From an uncultured Alphaproteobacteria bacterium (GTDB taxonomy: Bacteria; Pseudomonadota; Alphaproteobacteria; CAVTAV01): a DNA stretch of 64,000 nt. The position numbers and the translations under genes were made by a program. Where the stretch lies: the NCBI GenBank assembly GCA_963821875.1, contig CAWGFE010000001.1:2825-66824 (forward strand), written 5' to 3'. Below the pieces are notes generated by a model that ran no database searches, was not told the origin of the DNA, and was given only the letters and a program-made list of their open reading frames with translations. Positions 40,814-50,186 of the stretch are shown piece after piece (positions within the stretch are counted from its first letter, which is position 1; each line of letters opens with the position of its first letter).

Positions 40814-41720
40814 TCAGACGGCGATACGGCCTTCCAGCACTTTCACCGCGGCGCCCCCGACCCGCACGACCAGTCCGTCGTCGGGCCCGGAGTTCTACTT
40901 CGACCGCGACGCGGCCGTCGCGACCAAGCTCGGTGCCCTGTTCGGCGGTGTAGCGGATGGGTGGATCGCCGAGCAGACGGTGGCGCGCGACATAGCCGCC
41001 GATGCCGCCATTGGCCGAGCCGGTAACGGGGTCTTCCGGAATGCCGTGATGGGGCGCGAAGACCCGGACTTTCACGCTGCAATCCGCCGTCAGCGCGCCG
41101 ATGCTGAAGGCGGCGACGCCGTTCAAATCGAGCGGTGCGCAGGTCGCCGCGATGAGACTCGAATTGGGAGAAAGCGCCGCGACTATCTCGGCCGAACGGA
41201 CAGGGACCGCGAGCATCCAGTTGCCGGTCGAAACCGCCTGGATCGGCGTGGACCCGATCTCGTCGACCTTGCAGCCAAGCATTTCGGCGGCCAGTTCCGG
41301 CTTGATGCCGGCGTCGCGGAAGCGCGGCGGCAGTTGCGTCATGACGAATTCGCGCTCCAGCCCGCTTTCCGTGATGGTCACGGGGATGAGACCGGCCGTG
41401 CATTCCTGGCTGATGATCGCGGGTTCCTGTTCGGGCGCGAAGCGGCCGGTTTCCACCATCGCAAAGGCGGCGGCGATCGTCGGATGGCCCGCAAAGGGAA
41501 GCTCCGCGCGCGGCGTGAAGATGCGCGCGCGATAATCCGCCTCGACGACCGAGGGAGAGAGCAGAAAGACCGTTTCCGAGAGATTCATCTCGGCGGCGAT
41601 CATCTGCATCTGCTGTTGCGAAAGATCGTCTGCGTCGAATACGACGGCGCAGGGATTGCCCTGGTAGCGCCGGGCGGAGAACGCGTCGATTGTCCAGATG
41701 TCCTTGGTAACCACCGTCAC
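40814..41720 (-). pseudogene. PhzF-family isomerase gene with an apparent +1 frameshift about 25 codons before its natural end
   Basis: The N-terminal 275 aa is PhzF-like (AFSARRYQGNPCAVVF...NLSETVF...HPT...DPVTGSANG). The canonical C-terminus GPDDGLVVRVGGAAVKVLEGRIAV* is in another frame starting after 40895. The span is 907 nt, which is 3n+1. Confidence 0.6.
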
Positions 41721-41796
41721 ACCTGTCCACGTGATGTTTCGTCAGATACCAACGCACGGGACGCGCGCTGGTTCACCGGCCTCTGCGGGTGCGCAT

Positions 41797-41822
41797 ACAA
41801 ACCGGCCGCCCGAGGGCGGCCG
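41797..41822 (-). terminator. Possible intrinsic terminator downstream of the GT2 gene
   Basis: GC-rich hairpin ggccgcc(c)-gag-(g)ggcggcc, followed on the minus strand by GGUUUGU. The U-tract is short. Confidence 0.3.
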
Positions 41823-41856
41823 ATCGTCGTCAGATTAGTCCAGCGGCCGCGGCGTG

Positions 41857-42609
41857 TCAGCCACGCTGACCGATCGGCCAATATCCGGACAGGATCCGTT
41901 CGCCGCGCTGTCCGCGCTCGATCTCGCCGATCACGCGCTTGCCGATGCCCGAGAGATTGCCCCGGTGCATGCGGTAGTAGAACAGCGGCTCGGCGATGTG
42001 CAGGCCGTTCCAGCCATTGTCGACGATACGCTGCCACTTGTGGTGCTTGGTGCCCTTGCGGATCGTCTCGTCGAAGACGCCGGCCTCGACCATCGCGCGG
42101 GTCAGCACGACGGCGGGTTCCGGAATGAAGCTGTATTGCGCGAGCAGGCGTGGATCGAACGCCACCGAGCGGCCCCGGTCGAGCCAGTTTCCGTCCTCGC
42201 TGATGAGATTGCAGTCGGTATAAACGAAGCCGATGCTCGGATCTTCCGAATGAGCCCGCGACAATTCGCCGATGCAGCGCCGGGCGTAACCGGAAGAGAG
42301 ATAATCGTCGGCATCCAGAATGATGCAGTATTCGCCGTGAATGTGATGCATGGCGCGGTTGATCGCGGCCAGCTTGCCCTGATTTTTCTGAGCCGGCAGC
42401 ACTTCCACGCGGGCCAGATCCTTGGTCGTCGGCAGGCATCCCTGTACAACCTCGAGGGAGTTGTCGGTGCTGCCGTCATCGACGATCACGAGTTCGATGG
42501 ATTCATAATCCTGTCGAACAACGCTCTCGATCGCCTTGGCGATATAGGTCCCGTAATTGTAATTCGGGATCATGATGGACAGCAGGCCGGTCTCGTTCTG
42601 GCTTGTCAT
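41857..42609 (-). CDS. Family-2 glycosyltransferase
   Basis: LSIMIPNYNYGTYIAKAIESVVRQDY...ELVIVDDGSTDNS...ILDADD. An RBS (ggagag) is present. Confidence 0.88.
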   Translation of the reverse strand: MTSQNETGLLSIMIPNYNYGTYIAKAIESVVRQDYESIELVIVDDGSTDNSLEVVQGCLPTTKDLARVEVLPAQKNQGKLAAINRAMHHIHGEYCIILDADDYLSSGYARRCIGELSRAHSEDPSIGFVYTDCNLISEDGNWLDRGRSVAFDPRLLAQYSFIPEPAVVLTRAMVEAGVFDETIRKGTKHHKWQRIVDNGWNGLHIAEPLFYYRMHRGNLSGIGKRVIGEIERGQRGERILSGYWPIGQRG

Positions 42610-42645
42610 TCTTTCTTTCTCTCCAAGGCGTTACCTGAAAAACGC

Positions 42646-43818
42646 TCAGGCCCGCCCGTAGGCGCTCACGAACAAATTTCCGGACGACTCATCAAGCTCC
42701 CGGAGCAATTTTTCGCACAATTTATTAATCATGCGCGTATCGTCCTCGGAAATCGAGGCAATTTTACGGTCGACATCCGGCTGGAATTCGGTGGCGTCCT
42801 CGTCATCCTTCGAATGGAACCGGAACTGTTCGAGCATGATCGACATCTCGTCCTCGGGAATTTTGGCCGCGAGGCCGCGTCCGAGGATCGCCGGGAAGGT
42901 CGACGGCGTGATATCGGTATAATTCACCAGATGGATGCCGTGATGGACCGCGCTCAGCGCCGTCTTGAAATAGTTGGCATAGCACCGGGCGAGATATTCG
43001 ATATCGGTCATGGTGGCGGTATTCGCCGCCCGGTCGCCGACCAGGAAGGCGGCCTGACGTCCACCCTTGGACACGAGCGCCGCCGTCGTCTCCTTCATCA
43101 CCGAGGCGATGACCTCAACTGGATCGCGGTAGAGGAAGACGCTCGGCACGTTCGGGAACGCCTTGCTGATGAAATCGAGATACAGGACGTTCCAGCTGAT
43201 GAATTTGACGAAGCTCGTGGTCTGATCGTCGCGGCGCTTGCGGCACATGGCGAGAACGAGGCGGCGGAATCGCGCCAGATTCTCCGGTGTCGCTTCCAGA
43301 TCGTGACGCCAGTCGTCCGTCAGCTGCGACCAGAACCCGCGCTGTAGCGGGCCTCCCTGGTTGATGACGATATTATGCTCGGAGCGCGCCACGGCTTTGG
43401 CGACCAGCGTCGAGCCGCAGCGTGAGACGTGAAAGATGAAGCCGGTGGGATAAATGCCATCCGATCCGATGGCGTCGTCGTCGAGAATGTCGAAATCGCT
43501 GGTGAAGGTCATGCCGATCGCATCGGCTTCGGCCAGATGCTTGATCGTGTAGATGAATTGCCATTCGCGCAGCGGATAATCGCCGAGATCGGCCCACAGG
43601 ATCCGGCCCTTGCCGTATGGATCGATCGCAACCGGCACGACGCCCGGATTGTCCTGGATCGCCCGAAGCGCCTCGGCACGGTCGAGATGCCTGTCTTCGA
43701 TGCCCGGCAGTAGGGCTCCGACCACCTCATGATCGGGTAAAGCAAACAATGCTGTCACGGACCTACGCGCTCCTTGGATTTTCTGCGCCAAATCGCCGCA
43801 AAGCGGCATGGCGTCCAT
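42646..43818 (-). CDS. Sulfotransferase-like protein (PAPS-binding-loop-like motif)
   Basis: GFIFHVSRCGSTLVAK resembles the sulfotransferase 5'-PSB loop (PRSGST-like). 390 aa. The functional call is moderate only. Confidence 0.6.
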   Translation of the reverse strand: MDAMPLCGDLAQKIQGARRSVTALFALPDHEVVGALLPGIEDRHLDRAEALRAIQDNPGVVPVAIDPYGKGRILWADLGDYPLREWQFIYTIKHLAEADAIGMTFTSDFDILDDDAIGSDGIYPTGFIFHVSRCGSTLVAKAVARSEHNIVINQGGPLQRGFWSQLTDDWRHDLEATPENLARFRRLVLAMCRKRRDDQTTSFVKFISWNVLYLDFISKAFPNVPSVFLYRDPVEVIASVMKETTAALVSKGGRQAAFLVGDRAANTATMTDIEYLARCYANYFKTALSAVHHGIHLVNYTDITPSTFPAILGRGLAAKIPEDEMSIMLEQFRFHSKDDEDATEFQPDVDRKIASISEDDTRMINKLCEKLLRELDESSGNLFVSAYGRA

Positions 43819-44024
43819 CGTTCATGCTGTGACAGCGTGACGTGCCTTGACGGCAACCCGTAGATCCTGTCCAGCCAAAACCGGGATCCTTATCGGTACG
43901 CGCGGAGATTAGGTCCGCGATATCAAGCGGTAAAGGTCTTTTTAACCTTGCGGCTCAGCGATAGGATCCGGCACAATATCTTGATAATCCCGCTGTCACC
44001 GAATGCGTAAATATAGATAATAGA

Positions 44025-45446
44025 ATGACATCGCAATACAAGAACCCGGTAAAGGCCTTCGGGTCTTGGCTGGCAAGCGTTTCGTGCGACTGGCCAGAAC
44101 CGGCCGTTATTTCGGCTCATCGCGAGTTTATCGACGTTGTTGCGGTGATGGTTCCGGGCGCTGTCGAGCCCGTGACGCGCAATGTCTTCGAGACCATCAA
44201 GCTGTGGGGCGCCAATTCCGGTTCCTGCACGGCGGTCGGCCATTCCTCGACGATGGCCGCGCCCTGGGCCGCGCTGGTGAACGGCACGGCGGGCCACGCG
44301 CTCGATTTCGACGACAATTTCGATCCGCCCAAGGCCCACGCCACGACCGTCCTGGCGCCGGCGATCCTGGCGCTCGGCGAGCAGGAAGGCGCCTCGGGCA
44401 TGGATTGCCTGGATGCCTATATCGTCGGCTTGCAGATTCTGGGACGCGTGGGGCAGGGCGTAAACCCGACCCACCGCAATCGCGGCTGGCACGCGACCGC
44501 CACGGTGGGCGCGATCGGCGCGGCGGCGGCTTGCGCCCGGCTGCTCAAGCTCGATCCCGAAAAGGCTGCTTACGCGGTCTCCATCGCGACCAGCATGGCG
44601 GCGGGCTTTATGTCGCAGTTCGGCACCATGACCAAGCCGCTCCATGCCGGCCTCGCCGCGAAATCCGGCATCATGGCCGCGAGCTTCGCTCAACACGGCA
44701 TCGATGCCGGTATGGGGGTACTCGACTCCGGGACCGGCATGAACCGGCTGATGGTCGGCCCGGATTACGAGCAGCTCCGAGACGCCATCACCAATCCCGA
44801 GCACGGTCAGGTGCTGCGGTTCGAGACCGACCATGTCGGCGAACCGCTTCTGATCACGGAGCATGGCTTCCGGGTCAAGCGGTTTCCCAATTGCGGCAGC
44901 GCGCACCGGGCCATGGACGGCGTGCTGGCGATCCGGCAAGAGCAAAATCTGACGGTTGATGATGTCGCACGTGTGGACATTCATGCGCCGAGCGTCCATC
45001 TCAATAATCTGATGTATCACGACCCCAAGACGGGCCTTCAGGGCAAATTCTCGATGGAATACGCGCTTGCGCTGGCGCTTCTCTATGGCGATGCGCGGCT
45101 TTCCGACTTTACGGACGGACAGGTGAATCGCGCGGAGATCCGGGCGGTCTATCCGATCCTGCATCTCCATCCGGTGGACAAGCTCGAAGGTGAGTTCCCG
45201 ACCGAGGTGAAAGTGACGTTGAAGGACGGCCGCAGCTTCGAGAAAGTCATCGCCATGCCCCTGGGCAGCGGCCCGGCCCCATTCCCGACCAGCCAGTATT
45301 GGACGAAGTTCGAGGGCTGCGTCGACGGGATTCTGCCGGGTGATACGACGGCGGCCCTGCGCTCGAGGCTCGAAGATCTGCCGGCGCTGAAGAATATCTC
45401 CGATCTGATGCGTCATATGGTCTGGCCGCTCTCGGCGGCCGCTTAA
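44025..45446 (+). CDS. MmgE/PrpD-family protein
   Basis: NGTAGHALDFDD...GWHATATVGAIGAAAA...GTMTKPLHAGLAA. Confidence 0.9.
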   Translation: MTSQYKNPVKAFGSWLASVSCDWPEPAVISAHREFIDVVAVMVPGAVEPVTRNVFETIKLWGANSGSCTAVGHSSTMAAPWAALVNGTAGHALDFDDNFDPPKAHATTVLAPAILALGEQEGASGMDCLDAYIVGLQILGRVGQGVNPTHRNRGWHATATVGAIGAAAACARLLKLDPEKAAYAVSIATSMAAGFMSQFGTMTKPLHAGLAAKSGIMAASFAQHGIDAGMGVLDSGTGMNRLMVGPDYEQLRDAITNPEHGQVLRFETDHVGEPLLITEHGFRVKRFPNCGSAHRAMDGVLAIRQEQNLTVDDVARVDIHAPSVHLNNLMYHDPKTGLQGKFSMEYALALALLYGDARLSDFTDGQVNRAEIRAVYPILHLHPVDKLEGEFPTEVKVTLKDGRSFEKVIAMPLGSGPAPFPTSQYWTKFEGCVDGILPGDTTAALRSRLEDLPALKNISDLMRHMVWPLSAAA

Positions 45447-45457
45447 GGGCACGCTCC

Positions 45458-46264
45458 ATGGTTCAAGCCAACGCACTCGTGATGGCGGCAAGCCGCCAAG
45501 GACCGCGCGATTCCGTCGCGATGCTGCAGGACAAGTCGCACAAATGCCTTGTCGAAATCGATGGCGAGGTGATGCTTGTCCGCGTGATCGACGCATTGTT
45601 CGACAGCGGTCATATCTCCACGGTCTATGTTTCGATCGAGAGCGAGGAGCCGTTGCGCACGGTGCCCCAGATTGCCGCCTGGATGGATCAGGGCCGGGTT
45701 CGCCTGGCGCGCAGCGAAGGCAATCTCGCCGATAGCGTGCTGGCCGCCGCGAAGCAGATGGATGGTCCGTTTCCCTTCCTGATCACCACTGGCGACAACG
45801 CGCTGCACACCGCCGAGCTCATTCGCGATTTCATGGAGCAGTTCTGGAAACTCGATGGCGATGTCGCCCTCGGATTCACCAGCGAGGACGTGGTCGAGCG
45901 CGAGATTCAGGGGTCGGGCCTTGCCTATCACCAGTTGAAGGATGGCGGTTACTCCTCGTGCAATCTGTATGGCATGCGGCGCGAGAAAGCGCTGAACGGC
46001 GTGCGCGTTTTCGCGAGCGGCGGGCAGTTCGGCAAGCGCCACTGGCGGATCCTGAAGGCTTTCGGTGTCATGCCGTTCATCCTTTACAAGCTGCGCGCCG
46101 TCGGGATTAACAAGATGGCGAACTCGCTTGGCCGTGGGGTCGGCGTCAGCGTCGATATTGTTGATCTGCCCTATGCCTACGGGCCGATCGATGTCGACAA
46201 TCCGCGTTCCTTCGCGTTGTCGGAGAAGCTTCTCCGGGCGCGGCGGGAAAGCGCGGCGGCCTGA
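45458..46264 (+). CDS. MobA-like nucleotidyltransferase-family protein (NTP_transf_3-like)
   Basis: ALVMAASRQGPRD...KCLVEIDGEVML...FLITTGDNALHT...GPIDVDNPRSF. It lies 12 nt downstream of the PrpD-family gene. Confidence 0.7.
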   Translation: MVQANALVMAASRQGPRDSVAMLQDKSHKCLVEIDGEVMLVRVIDALFDSGHISTVYVSIESEEPLRTVPQIAAWMDQGRVRLARSEGNLADSVLAAAKQMDGPFPFLITTGDNALHTAELIRDFMEQFWKLDGDVALGFTSEDVVEREIQGSGLAYHQLKDGGYSSCNLYGMRREKALNGVRVFASGGQFGKRHWRILKAFGVMPFILYKLRAVGINKMANSLGRGVGVSVDIVDLPYAYGPIDVDNPRSFALSEKLLRARRESAAA

Positions 46265-46269
46265 CCGGG

Positions 46270-46986
46270 ATGCCCACTGGCCGCATAGGACGTCTCATCG
46301 CGCTGCTTGCCCTGGCCGCCATCGCCACCGGCTGTCGTAGCTCCATCCCGCTCAATAAGCCCAAGACGGACAACAGAGCCGCGGCCGCCACGGCGGCGCC
46401 GGAAGAAGCGCCGGTTTCCACGCCGATCGCGCTTTATGTCTGCCCGACCTACGGCGATATCATCGTTCATTACAGTTTCGGCGAAGTCAGTCTGGTGCTG
46501 AAGGACAAGACGGTCGTGCTGCCCCAGACACCGGCCGCGGACGGTTCGCGCTATGCCAATAAGGGCAACATGTTCTGGGAAAAGACGCCGACGGCTCAGG
46601 TCTCGCTGGATGGCCGGAAGACCGAGATGTGCAAACGCAATTCCGAGCACGCGGCCTGGGTCGATGCCTGGCGCCGCGGGGTAAGCTTCCGTGCCCAGGG
46701 CACGAAACCCGCCTGGTGGGTCGATATTCTCGACGGCGATCACATCACGCTGACGCTCGCGGAGATCAACGACATCGTGCGCGCGCCGGCAAATCCGCCG
46801 AGCCTGAAGGACGGCAGCCGCGTCTATGAAAGCGACTCCGACGAGGGCAAGCTCACCATCGCGATCGCGCCGAAGTCCTGCAAGATCCCCGGCAACTCGA
46901 TGGACTTCCCGAATACGGTGACCGTCAAGCTCCACGACAAGACATACAAAGGCTGCGGGGAGTCTGCGCAACTCGACGAGCGCTAA
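46270..46986 (+). CDS. Lipoprotein with an MliC-like (C-type lysozyme inhibitor) N-domain and a COG3650-like C-domain
   Basis: Lipobox LAAIATGC. MliC pattern ALYVCPTYGDIIV...ADGSRYANKG...MCKR. Second domain FRAQGTKPAWWVDI. Confidence 0.75.
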   Translation: MPTGRIGRLIALLALAAIATGCRSSIPLNKPKTDNRAAAATAAPEEAPVSTPIALYVCPTYGDIIVHYSFGEVSLVLKDKTVVLPQTPAADGSRYANKGNMFWEKTPTAQVSLDGRKTEMCKRNSEHAAWVDAWRRGVSFRAQGTKPAWWVDILDGDHITLTLAEINDIVRAPANPPSLKDGSRVYESDSDEGKLTIAIAPKSCKIPGNSMDFPNTVTVKLHDKTYKGCGESAQLDER

Positions 46987-47672
46987 ACGATCTCCACCCC
47001 GAGTGTCGCGATATTCTCGAGTGAGGCTTCGATCCTGTCACCGCGCTCTAAGGGCCCGACGCCGGCGGGCGTGCCCGTGAAGATCACGTCGCCGGGCATC
47101 AGGCGGTAGCCGAGCGAAAGCTGCGCAACGACCTCGTCGGCATTCCAGATCATCTGACCGAGATCGCCGTTCTGCTTCACCGCGCCGTTGACCGCGAGTT
47201 TGATCGCACCGGATTTGGGAACGGGAGCGCCGTTCAACGGTTTGATCGCCGAGCACGGGCCCGCTTTGTCGAAGGCCTTGCCGACTTCCCAGGGGTGTCC
47301 TTTGTCGCGGGCCTCGAATTGCAGGTCGCGGCGGGTGAGATCGATGCCGAGCGCTACGCCGAAAACGTGGCTGCCCGCGTCGCTCACCGGAATCTCGAAA
47401 CCTTCCTTGCCGATCGCCAGCACATATTCCACTTCGTGGTGGAAATTCTTCGTCAGCGGCGGATAGGGAATCTTGCCGCCCAGTGGAACCACGGCATCGC
47501 TCGGTTTCTGGAAGAAGAATGGTTTGTCGCGATCGGGGTTGTTGCCCATTTCGACGACGTGGTCGGCATAGTTGCGGCCGACGCAATAGACGCGGCGGAT
47601 CGGGAAAAGCCGATCCGATCCCTGGATCGGAAGTGCGGGCCGGGGTCCGGGATCAAAGGCGTATTCAGGCAC
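46983..47672 (-). CDS. Fumarylacetoacetate hydrolase-family protein
   Basis: The GTG at 47672 follows ggagggagg. VPEYAFDPG...RRVYCVGRNYADH...HHEVEYVLAIGK...GDVIFTGTPAGVGPL. The start overlaps the upstream stop by 8 nt. Confidence 0.85.
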   Translation of the reverse strand: MPEYAFDPGPRPALPIQGSDRLFPIRRVYCVGRNYADHVVEMGNNPDRDKPFFFQKPSDAVVPLGGKIPYPPLTKNFHHEVEYVLAIGKEGFEIPVSDAGSHVFGVALGIDLTRRDLQFEARDKGHPWEVGKAFDKAGPCSAIKPLNGAPVPKSGAIKLAVNGAVKQNGDLGQMIWNADEVVAQLSLGYRLMPGDVIFTGTPAGVGPLERGDRIEASLENIATLGVEIV

Positions 47673-48765
47673 TGTGTTTTTCCTCCCTCCAGAGATCGAG
47701 TTTTTCCTGCGCCACGCGGTCGGAATAAAGGAAGATGACCGCGTCTTCCGAGGCCGTGTGCTCATGGAGCGTCCAGCTCGGCGCGACAAAGATGTCCTTG
47801 GGACCCCATTCGAAGATCTCGTCGCCGATTTTCGACGTGCCGCGGCCCTCGACGATCGAGAACACCAGGCTGTCGGTCGAGCGGTAGCCCCGTGTCTTGA
47901 AGCCCTTCGGGACAAGCTGCATCCAGGTCGAGATCGTCGGCATGGCCCAGTCGCCGCTGACCGGGTTGATATATTTCATCTTGTAGGCATGGGTCGGATC
48001 GGGATCGCGCAGCTTGGTCAGCGCGTCCAGAGACTCGCGGGTCCTGCTATAGGGATAGTTGAAGATCGGCGAGGTCCTGGAGTCGTGGGTCCGGTCAACC
48101 GGCATCAGATTGTGGCCGAACTCAGCTTCCGCGCTGCCCTCCGGCCGGTCGTTGGGATGCACCTTGCCGGGGTAGAAATCGCGGAAGCTCGCCGCGAACA
48201 GATTGACAATATGCATGTCCAGCCCGTCCAGCCAGACCATAGGCTGGTCGCTTTCATTGCCGTGGTCATGCCAGGTCATGGACGGCGTGATGACGAAGTC
48301 GCCCGGCTCCATCATGGTCCGCTCGCCGGAGACCGAGGTGAAGGCGTTCTTGCCCTCGATGATGAAGCGCAACGCGGAGGCTACATGCCGGTGCGCCGGG
48401 GCGATCTCGCCCGGCAGGATCACCTGATAGCCGCCGAACAGGCTCTGGGTGATGCGAGATTGGCCGGACAGCCCGGGATTTTCCAGCACCAGGACGCGGC
48501 GTTCGGCCTCTTCCGCGCCGATGATCTCGCAGGCCTCCATGAGATAGGGCCGCACGTCCTTGTAGTGCCAGATCGCGGGCACGCAACGCGGCACCGGCGT
48601 TTCGGTGACGAGGCCGGCCAGCACGCGCCACAGCGGGGCAAGATGTTCGCCGCTTGCGCGGTCGTAAAATTCCTGACGGCCTTCCTCGGCGGCGAGATCG
48701 ACGGTCTCGACGATGCCACCGCGGTCCGGCTTCGGTGATACGGGTGCGTTTTGCGAGGATGTCAT
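47665..48765 (-). CDS. Gentisate 1,2-dioxygenase (bicupin)
   Basis: From the ATG at 48765 (RBS gggggaggagg): ...LAPLWRVL...PGEIAPAHRHVASALRFIIEG...TWHDHGN. Confidence 0.88.
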   Translation of the reverse strand: MTSSQNAPVSPKPDRGGIVETVDLAAEEGRQEFYDRASGEHLAPLWRVLAGLVTETPVPRCVPAIWHYKDVRPYLMEACEIIGAEEAERRVLVLENPGLSGQSRITQSLFGGYQVILPGEIAPAHRHVASALRFIIEGKNAFTSVSGERTMMEPGDFVITPSMTWHDHGNESDQPMVWLDGLDMHIVNLFAASFRDFYPGKVHPNDRPEGSAEAEFGHNLMPVDRTHDSRTSPIFNYPYSRTRESLDALTKLRDPDPTHAYKMKYINPVSGDWAMPTISTWMQLVPKGFKTRGYRSTDSLVFSIVEGRGTSKIGDEIFEWGPKDIFVAPSWTLHEHTASEDAVIFLYSDRVAQEKLDLWREEKHSA

Positions 48766-48836
48766 GATCCTCCTCCCCCTTGGGTTATTCCAAGCGAGTC
48801 TCTTCTCTCCGGGCCAGCGATGCAAGGCCCGATAGG

Positions 48837-49448
48837 TCAGGGAGTAGCGCTGCCTTCGAAAAGATACGCCATCGGCTTCGGTCCGCGCGCATAGCCGGTT
48901 TCGAGATGATCGACATGAAAGCCGGCCCCTTCGATGAGGGCCGGGATTTCGCGGTTCAAATGGCAGCCGCCCGCGAGGCATTTCCAGGCCGGGTTTAGCC
49001 GGTTCTGCCAGGCCCGGACCCGAGCGTCGGGCGAGAGGCCGTGCTCGACGAACAGCAACCGTCCATCCGGCTTCAGCACCCGATGCATTTCGCTGAGCGC
49101 AGCGCCGATATCGGGGATGGAGCACATCGTCCAGGTCGAGACGACGGTGTCGAAGCTGCGATCCTCGAAGGGCAGATTTTCCGCCGAACCTTCGATCAGC
49201 TCGACGAGAAAGTGGAGCTGTCCCGCCTTTCGTCGTGTCATGTGAAGGAGTTTGCCGGACGGCTCGATGCCCACGACCTCGGTGACTTGCGGTGGATAGA
49301 GCGTGAGATTGAGGCCGGAGCCGATGCCGATCTCGAGCACGCGGCCTTCTGCCGTCGCCACCGCGGTCTGGCGGTAGGGCAGGAAGAGCCGCTGCCGCAT
49401 CGTGACATTGATCAGCCAGGGCAGGACGCGGTCCTGGTAAAGACCCAT
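48837..49448 (-). CDS. Class I SAM-dependent methyltransferase
   Basis: VLEIGIGSGLNL (motif I)...FDTVVSTWTMCSI...LKPDGRLLFVEH. Confidence 0.85.
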   Translation of the reverse strand: MGLYQDRVLPWLINVTMRQRLFLPYRQTAVATAEGRVLEIGIGSGLNLTLYPPQVTEVVGIEPSGKLLHMTRRKAGQLHFLVELIEGSAENLPFEDRSFDTVVSTWTMCSIPDIGAALSEMHRVLKPDGRLLFVEHGLSPDARVRAWQNRLNPAWKCLAGGCHLNREIPALIEGAGFHVDHLETGYARGPKPMAYLFEGSATP

Positions 49449-49452
49449 TGGG

Positions 49453-49947
49453 TCACCGTTTGGCGGTTAATGCCGAGAGCGCAACCGCACAGAAGCCGAA
49501 AAAGGTCACGATCGCGCTGATGGCATGAGCATACTCCCATTGCTCGCGCAATGCCCGCCAGTTCGACACCATGACGGTCCAGTTATGGGTCGCCTGGTTG
49601 GCCGGGTAGGTCCAGGTGAAGAAGATCACCAGAGTCGCTGCGATCAGGACGAAGCCGGCGACGGCAAACCAGAAAGACGCGTGCTGGCGGCGCGACGCGA
49701 GAACCAGCGCGAAATTCGTCAGGATTGCGCCGATCAGCGCGATGCCGAAATAGGCCCAGCCCTGATAGATCGCCTGAACCGTGAAGTAATCGGATTCATC
49801 GAGGGAGATCTTGTGCGGCAGCTCGAAAAAGTGGGCGCCCGCCGGCATCAGGCACAGGGCGGTAAAGGTCAGCGCGAGAAATCGAACGGTCGTGCGCGTC
49901 GCGTGTCCCGAATTCGATAGAGTCTTGTCATTCAACATGTCGTCCAT
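49453..49947 (-). CDS. DUF1772-like membrane protein
   Basis: 4 TM segments: FLALTFTALCLMPAGAHFFELPHK... The start is uncertain (49947 or 49938; the ORF track gives 50154). Confidence 0.6.
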   Translation of the reverse strand: MDDMLNDKTLSNSGHATRTTVRFLALTFTALCLMPAGAHFFELPHKISLDESDYFTVQAIYQGWAYFGIALIGAILTNFALVLASRRQHASFWFAVAGFVLIAATLVIFFTWTYPANQATHNWTVMVSNWRALREQWEYAHAISAIVTFFGFCAVALSALTAKR

Positions 49948-50186
49948 CCGGCCCCCCGCATCAAGCATGCCCAACCGCGAATCGATTTCAAGGCTGGTTT
50001 CCGCGCAAATTTTTTCCGTCAATCCGGCCCGGGCCGGAACGAGAGCTCGCGCGCCGTCGTCGTTGACAGCACGCAAAACCGGTTTGTTAAATGATCGGCC
50101 CGCCAGTCCTGGAAGCGTCACGTTCGCGGGGAATACTGCGGCGCCTCTGATCACGATCCAACATTGCTTCGTCCGGAAGGCTTCCT

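Noticed and set aside
41854-45596. Long ORFs 41854..43347 (+) and 43923..45596 (-), antisense to the GT2/sulfotransferase and PrpD genes
   Set aside because: Compositional artefacts. The opposite frames carry GT2 (DDGSTDNS, DxD) and MmgE/PrpD signatures.
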